Positions 59,448 through 64,000 of a stretch of DNA of 64,000 nt are shown here, one piece after another. Every line of letters starts with the position of its first letter. Position 1 is the stretch's first letter. The DNA is from Verrucomicrobiia bacterium. GTDB taxonomy: Bacteria; Verrucomicrobiota; Verrucomicrobiia; Limisphaerales; UBA1319. The stretch spans positions 4,032,001 to 4,096,000 of the forward strand of contig OY760937.1 of the NCBI GenBank assembly GCA_963664225.1, read 5' to 3'. The translations under genes were made by a program, and so were the position numbers. The notes beneath the pieces were generated by a model, which was not told where the DNA came from, did not search any database, and saw only the letters and a list, made by a program, of their open reading frames with translations.

Positions 59448-60097
59448 AGCCCATACGTGTCTTGCTAGTCGATGACCAAGTCTTGTTTCGGGAGGGGTTG
59501 AGAACACTGCTGTCGATTCATCCAGACATCCAAGTGGTGGGTGAGGCGGCCAATGGCGAGGAGGCTGTGCAAAGTGTAAAGGCGCTGCAGCCGAGGGTGG
59601 TATTGATGGATTTGCGGATGCCGGTGATGGGCGGGGTCGAGGCCACCCGGCGCGTTCGAGCCGTCGATGCCCATTGCCAAATCATCGTGCTGACCACGTT
59701 TGACGATGACGAGGATGTGTTCGATGCGTTGCGGGCCGGAGCGGCCGGATATTTGCTCAAGGACGGGCCGTCCGGAAAGCTGGTGGAAGCGATTCGGGCC
59801 ACGGCGCGGGGTGAATCGTTTTTGGAGCCGTCGATCACGGCCAAAGTGGTGGCGGAGTTCAACCGTCTTTCCAATAACCGGCGACCCGCGATCGCGCCGC
59901 TGGTGGAACCACTTTCGGAGCGCGAATGCGAGGTGCTGAGTCACCTTGCGCAAGGCAGGAGCAACAAGGAAATTGCGGTGGCTCTGGGATTGGCGGAGGG
60001 CACGGTCAAGAATCACATGACCAACATTCTGGGCAAGCTTGGGGTGCTGGACCGGACGCAGGCGGCGCTCAAGGCCAGGGAGTACGGACTTATTTAA
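59444..60097 (+). CDS. NarL/LuxR-family response regulator
   Basis: LVDDQ, MDLRMP, GYLLKD, LSERE.EVL..G.SNKEIA..L...TVKNH; ATGA overlap with the kinase. Confidence 0.95.
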   Translation: MKPIRVLLVDDQVLFREGLRTLLSIHPDIQVVGEAANGEEAVQSVKALQPRVVLMDLRMPVMGGVEATRRVRAVDAHCQIIVLTTFDDDEDVFDALRAGAAGYLLKDGPSGKLVEAIRATARGESFLEPSITAKVVAEFNRLSNNRRPAIAPLVEPLSERECEVLSHLAQGRSNKEIAVALGLAEGTVKNHMTNILGKLGVLDRTQAALKAREYGLI

Positions 60098-60260
60098 CCC
60101 GAAATCCGAAATAGGAACGGCCCATCTGACGCAACCATTTGGCCATCCATGGTTTGAAACCGGCTGTGGATTATTGATTTAATACACCCTCGCCGATTGC
60201 AAATCATGGCTGCCTCAAAGCATTGCATCATCTTGACCCTTCTTATTTCGGATTTCGGGT
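60097..60260. mobile_element. MITE-like non-autonomous element, 164 bp
   Basis: 21-bp terminal IRs matching at 20/21 positions: ACCCGAAATCCGAAATAGGAA (60097-60117) and TTCTTATTTCGGATTTCGGGT (60240-60260); TTA on both flanks once the intron is removed (60094-60096 and 62236-62238); no credible ORF. Confidence 0.7.
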
Positions 60261-62235
60261 GTGCGCCAGTGAAATTGGTAGCCTCGTGGGTGAAAGTCCC
60301 GCCGGTCGAATTAGACGGTTCACGACCGAAATGCAGCGTCCGGGACGAGGCCGTGAGGCCGAACCACAAGCGGGACGCTGAAAGAACTGTCGGGTCGTAA
60401 CGAAAGTAAACCTCATCAAATGAGCTCCGAAACCGAAATAACCGGTAAGCCGAGCCGCTACCCGAACGGCGAAGGCAGAAACGCGGCGTCATCAAATCGT
60501 CAAATGGGCGCTGTTGATTCCGGCGGAGTCAGCGAGGGCGACACGACAGGAAGGGAAACCAAGGTAAGCTGGGAGATCTCTGGAGGCGGGGCGATAAAGC
60601 CTCAACCGCCGGTGCAAGGAGGAACACCCTCCGAGGCCGCACGGGCAGCCAGAGAAGTCGGAGTCTTCCATAGTAGCGAAGAAGCTGGGGCGACCAAAAC
60701 CCCGGCGGAGCCAAGGGAAGGCACTTGGATCGAAGCGAATCAAAACAGCGAGGGACAGGGAGATGGCCTTGAGGGAGTGGAAACACTTTTTCAACGGATA
60801 ACAACCCCGATAAAAGTTCAAAAGCTGCAGCGAGCGCTATATTGCAAAGCCAAGGCTGAGCCGAAGTATCGGTTTTACAGCCTCTACGGAGAACTGCTGC
60901 GGAAGGACGTGCTGGAAACGGCAATGGCCTCCGTGGCGCACAACAATGGCGCGGCTGGGATCGACGGGCAGACATGCGACGTCTATCTTGCCAGCGACGA
61001 AGCCTGGGACCAATGGCGGAACCAACTGCTGGAGGAGTTACGCACGAAGAAGTATCGGCCAAGCCCGGTGAAGCGTGTGTATATACCAAAAGGAGACGGG
61101 AAGCTGCGACCCCTGGGCATCCCGACAGTGAAAGACCGGGTGGTGCAGACAGCGGTGGTGATTGTATTGCTGCCGATTCTGGAAGCCGATAGTCATCCGA
61201 ACAGTTACGCCTATCATCCCAAACGCAATGCCCACCAAGCAATGGAGGCGATCAAGAAGGCTACGCTGACAGGACGCGTCGAAGTTATAGACGCGGACTT
61301 AAGCGGGTATTTTGACAGCATTCCCCACAGGCGTTTGTTGCGCATAGTGGCCAAGCGGGTCAGCGATGGAACAATTCTCAAGCTGATCGCAGGATGGCTG
61401 CGCGCGCCCGTGAATGAACCGCAAAGCGACACAGGGAAAGGCGGGACAAAGGGGGGGCAAGGTCAGAATCGACGGGGGACTCCGCAAGGCGGGGTTGTAT
61501 CGCCGATTTTAGCCAATGCATACCTCAACCAGTTGGATTGGGAAGTCAACGAACGCTGCGAACTCAAACCCGTGATGGTGAGATACGCGGATGATTTCGT
61601 GATACTCGGACAGCCGGGGCAGGGACGGGAACTGATGGAACGACTGGAACGATGGCTGAAGCAACGCGAGTTAGTGCTCAACGAGAAGAAGACCCGCTTG
61701 GTGGACCTCCGCCAGGATGGCATCAAATTCTTGGGATTCGCGCTAACAATGCGACAGGGGAAGGGGAAATGGAAATATCCGCATGTGGAACCCCATCCCA
61801 AGAGCCAGAAGAAGTTTCGAGACGGGATTCGGGAGAAACTCAACCGAAGCACGCTATGGCGTGATATCGGAGAGGTGATTCCCGAGCTCAACAAGAAACT
61901 CAAAGGTTGGAAGGGTTACTTTCACTACGGGAACAGCACCAAGGTGATGGGCCAGATGAACGAATACGTCAGCAGCAAGTTACAACGATGGTTGTGGCGC
62001 AAACACGGATGTAGTCGGGCGCAATGGTCCACATACCCCAAGGAGGATCTCTATGAGCGTTATGGTTTATACCAAATGCCGGAATATGCGGCATGGAAAC
62101 GATGACGTCGAAGCGATGCAACGTATGATCCCCGGAGAGCCGGATGCGGGAAAACCGCCTGTCCGGTTCGATGAGGGGCGAAATGCGACGGTCATTGGCC
62201 ACGGCCATTCAATCCGTCCATTTCGCCTACTCTAC
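60261..62235 (+). mobile_element. Group II intron (IIB-like, no endonuclease domain), 1,975 nt
   Basis: 5' GTGCG; EBS1 loop ACCCGAA (60460-60466) complementary to exon end TTCGGGT; domain V GAGCCGGATGCGGGAAAACCGCCTGTCCGGTTC (62137-62169, AGC triad); domain VI ending CCTACTCTAC. Confidence 0.93.
60777..62105 (+). CDS. ltrA: Group II intron reverse transcriptase/maturase
   Basis: GAAGIDG, RPLGIPTVKDRVVQ, DADLSGYFDSIPH, GTPQGGVVSPILAN, RYADD, FLGF, X domain GWKGYF; no HNH domain; true start uncertain (about 60777-60810), and the longer computed ORF runs through ribozyme domains. Confidence 0.93.
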   Translation: METLFQRITTPIKVQKLQRALYCKAKAEPKYRFYSLYGELLRKDVLETAMASVAHNNGAAGIDGQTCDVYLASDEAWDQWRNQLLEELRTKKYRPSPVKRVYIPKGDGKLRPLGIPTVKDRVVQTAVVIVLLPILEADSHPNSYAYHPKRNAHQAMEAIKKATLTGRVEVIDADLSGYFDSIPHRRLLRIVAKRVSDGTILKLIAGWLRAPVNEPQSDTGKGGTKGGQGQNRRGTPQGGVVSPILANAYLNQLDWEVNERCELKPVMVRYADDFVILGQPGQGRELMERLERWLKQRELVLNEKKTRLVDLRQDGIKFLGFALTMRQGKGKWKYPHVEPHPKSQKKFRDGIREKLNRSTLWRDIGEVIPELNKKLKGWKGYFHYGNSTKVMGQMNEYVSSKLQRWLWRKHGCSRAQWSTYPKEDLYERYGLYQMPEYAAWKR

Positions 62236-62253
62236 TTAACGGAGGTTGCCGAG

Positions 62254-62297
62254 GTCATGGGATGCACATGACCACAAGGCATGACCTCTGGCACATC
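62254..62297. promoter_or_regulatory. Putative response-regulator operator, copy 2
   Basis: GTCATG (62254), CATGAC (62267), GCATGACCTCTGGCACAT (62279-62296). Confidence 0.55.
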
Positions 62298-62336
62298 ACA
62301 AGCTTCCATTAAACTGACACACTGTGCCTATAAATT

Positions 62337-62885
62337 ATGGCGGAAGAGCATCAAAAAAAGAGAAAGAGCAGGCTCAAGATCTTCGGTTGGATTTGCGCGA
62401 TGGGCTTTGTGGTGTTTGTTGTGGCGGGGTTGGTCGTGCTGAATCGCCTGCACAACTATCCCCCCAAGGAAGCCATGCTGGATATCAAGGCGGGTCTGGC
62501 CGTGCGGCATGGACCCAGGCAGGTGGAACGATTTCTCGAGGCGCGCTATGGATCGATGACCAATGCCGCCAATCGCGAGAAAGCGTTTTTGGATTTTTTC
62601 AACGTCGATCATATCAAGGGGCTTAACTTTCTGGTCAGCCACATGCCTGCGGAGCGACGGGGTTCAAACATAACGGCGATGGCGGAGTGGGTTGCAAACT
62701 ATCGAGAGACCATGACGGCGGAAGAGAAAATGTATCTGGGCGAGCAACTAAACTCGCCGGAGGGAGTGGCCCAAGTCCGAAAGGCGACGTCGCAATACCT
62801 GCAGCAGGATGTCCGCTATCGGGCCGCCAACGCAATGGTGATCTCGGAATTGCTGACCACACTGACCACCCTCAAGAACCCTTGA
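62337..62885 (+). CDS. Hypothetical membrane-anchored helical protein
   Basis: Basic N-terminus, one TM helix, then a ~145-aa helical domain. Confidence 0.75.
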   Translation: MAEEHQKKRKSRLKIFGWICAMGFVVFVVAGLVVLNRLHNYPPKEAMLDIKAGLAVRHGPRQVERFLEARYGSMTNAANREKAFLDFFNVDHIKGLNFLVSHMPAERRGSNITAMAEWVANYRETMTAEEKMYLGEQLNSPEGVAQVRKATSQYLQQDVRYRAANAMVISELLTTLTTLKNP

Positions 62886-62895
62886 TTTGAACGCT

Positions 62896-63501
62896 ATGAA
62901 CCCCTGCAATGAGGAGTCGCACTGCGCTGATCTGCAGCACAGAATGGATTCGAAAATGGATTCAAAATCCGGGCATGCCTTCACATTGATCGAACTGCTG
63001 GTGGTCATCAGCATCATTGGCATCCTGGCCGGGATGCTGTTGCCGGCATTGAGCGGGGCAAAACGGAGCGCGCATTCGACGGCCTGCATCAGCAACCTTC
63101 ACCAACTCGGCCTGGCACTTCATCTCTATGTGGAAGACAACCAAGGGCGTCTGCCTTTTTGCTCGATGCTGCCCAGCCAGTTTACCAACCTGGCGCCCAT
63201 CACCACCACGCTTTACCACTATGCGCCCGCAAAGACAGTGTTTAAGTGTCCGGCAGACAAGGTGTTTTTCGATGTCGAGAAGACCAGCTACGAATGGAAC
63301 TTTTTTCTCAATGGGGCGTCCTATGATCGTCCCGAAGAATGGTCCAAAATCACCAAAGCCCTCGTGGGAACGATTTTCGGTGCAAGACAAGACACGCCCT
63401 TGATGGGGGATGCGGGTCCGTGCCATATCGCCAAGGGAACCTTGAGCGGCAAGAATGCGCTGTACTTCGATGGGCGCGTTCAAAGGGCGAAAAACAATTA
63501 G
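62896..63501 (+). CDS. Prepilin-type N-terminal cleavage/methylation protein (PVC pseudopilin-like)
   Basis: [49 protein letters not shown]; start may be 62944 or 62956. Confidence 0.9.
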   Translation: MNPCNEESHCADLQHRMDSKMDSKSGHAFTLIELLVVISIIGILAGMLLPALSGAKRSAHSTACISNLHQLGLALHLYVEDNQGRLPFCSMLPSQFTNLAPITTTLYHYAPAKTVFKCPADKVFFDVEKTSYEWNFFLNGASYDRPEEWSKITKALVGTIFGARQDTPLMGDAGPCHIAKGTLSGKNALYFDGRVQRAKNN

Positions 63502-63543
63502 AGGCGCAAAAATTCATCCCCGGATGCCCGGGGAATCACAACC

Positions 63544-64000
63544 ATGAAAACCATACAACTATTGCAGTGTCGCCAGTTGTTTCTGGCGCTTGTCGTATTA
63601 TTCCATGCCTGCGCGACCAGGGGCGAGTATGCGATTCGCAACGGGGATACGGTCGTGTTTTTGGGGGACAGCATTACCGCGGCGCGCGAGTACAGCAAAA
63701 TCATTGAGAATTACACGCTGCTGCGTTTTCCCGAGCGCAAGGTCAGATTCATCAACGCCGGACGCGGAGGCGAGACGGCCCGGCAGAGTCTTGCGCGATT
63801 GGACAAGGATGTTTTTGGGGCAGGCGCCACGGTGCTGACGGTGGCCTACGGAATCAACGACATTGGCTGGGGCGTCAAGGCCGACGCGGCGCACCGCAAA
63901 GAGTATCTGGATGCCATCGGGGAAATTGTGGATCGCTGCAAGGCGCATGGGGTTCGCGTTTTTATCTGCTCGGCTGCGATCACCGCGGAAGATCCGGACA
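63544..64000 (+). CDS. SGNH/GDSL hydrolase, 3' end outside the window
   Basis: Manual translation: signal peptide, VFLGDSIT, FINAGRGG, AYGIND; no stop codon before the window end. Confidence 0.88.
   Translation, partial: MKTIQLLQCRQLFLALVVLFHACATRGEYAIRNGDTVVFLGDSITAAREYSKIIENYTLLRFPERKVRFINAGRGGETARQSLARLDKDVFGAGATVLTVAYGINDIGWGVKADAAHRKEYLDAIGEIVDRCKAHGVRVFICSAAITAEDPD

Noticed and set aside
60259..60263. Alternative intron start at GTGTG (60259)
   Set aside because: EBS1 ACCCGAA pairs with an exon ending TTCGGGT at 60260, and the terminal repeat also ends there, which fixes the start at 60261.
60420..60776. 119-aa N-terminal extension of the intron RT ORF, and ORF 60197-60400
   Set aside because: These frames run through ribozyme domains (including the EBS1 hairpin) and the MITE; RT homology begins near TTPIKVQKLQ.
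60420..62105. RT as part of a retron, DGR or CRISPR-associated system
   Set aside because: Domain V/VI, the GTGCG start, EBS1-IBS1 pairing and a maturase X domain identify a group II intron; no template/variable repeat pair, msr-msd or cas genes were seen.

Overview
GC-rich bacterial chromosome segment, most likely from Verrucomicrobiota (inferred from PEP-CTERM proteins, an OmcB-like DUF11 protein, an HTH-MBL fusion and a pilin-like protein with an 'N-x-L-x-x-DG' C-terminus). Core content: hom, lysC, cysS, an EF-G paralog, a complete phosphate locus (porin-pstSCAB-phoU-phoB-phoR) preceded by a Pho box, a xylose isomerase-family gene, several secreted carbohydrate-active enzymes, a czcCBA-type metal efflux operon and a NarL-type two-component system. 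A surface-protein cluster at 37.6-46.3 kb holds an OmcB-like lipoprotein, a TPR protein, a two-repeat secreted protein and three PEP-CTERM paralogs, one split by a 1,645-bp DDE insertion sequence. The most striking structure is at 60.1-62.2 kb. A 164-bp MITE-like element with 21-bp terminal inverted repeats has a complete group IIB-like intron inserted exactly at its right terminus. The intron's putative exon-binding sequences are complementary to that terminal repeat, so the intron appears programmed to home into transposon ends. No rRNA, tRNA or CRISPR array was recognised. All calls come from reading motifs by eye; no searches were run, and many start codons are best guesses.
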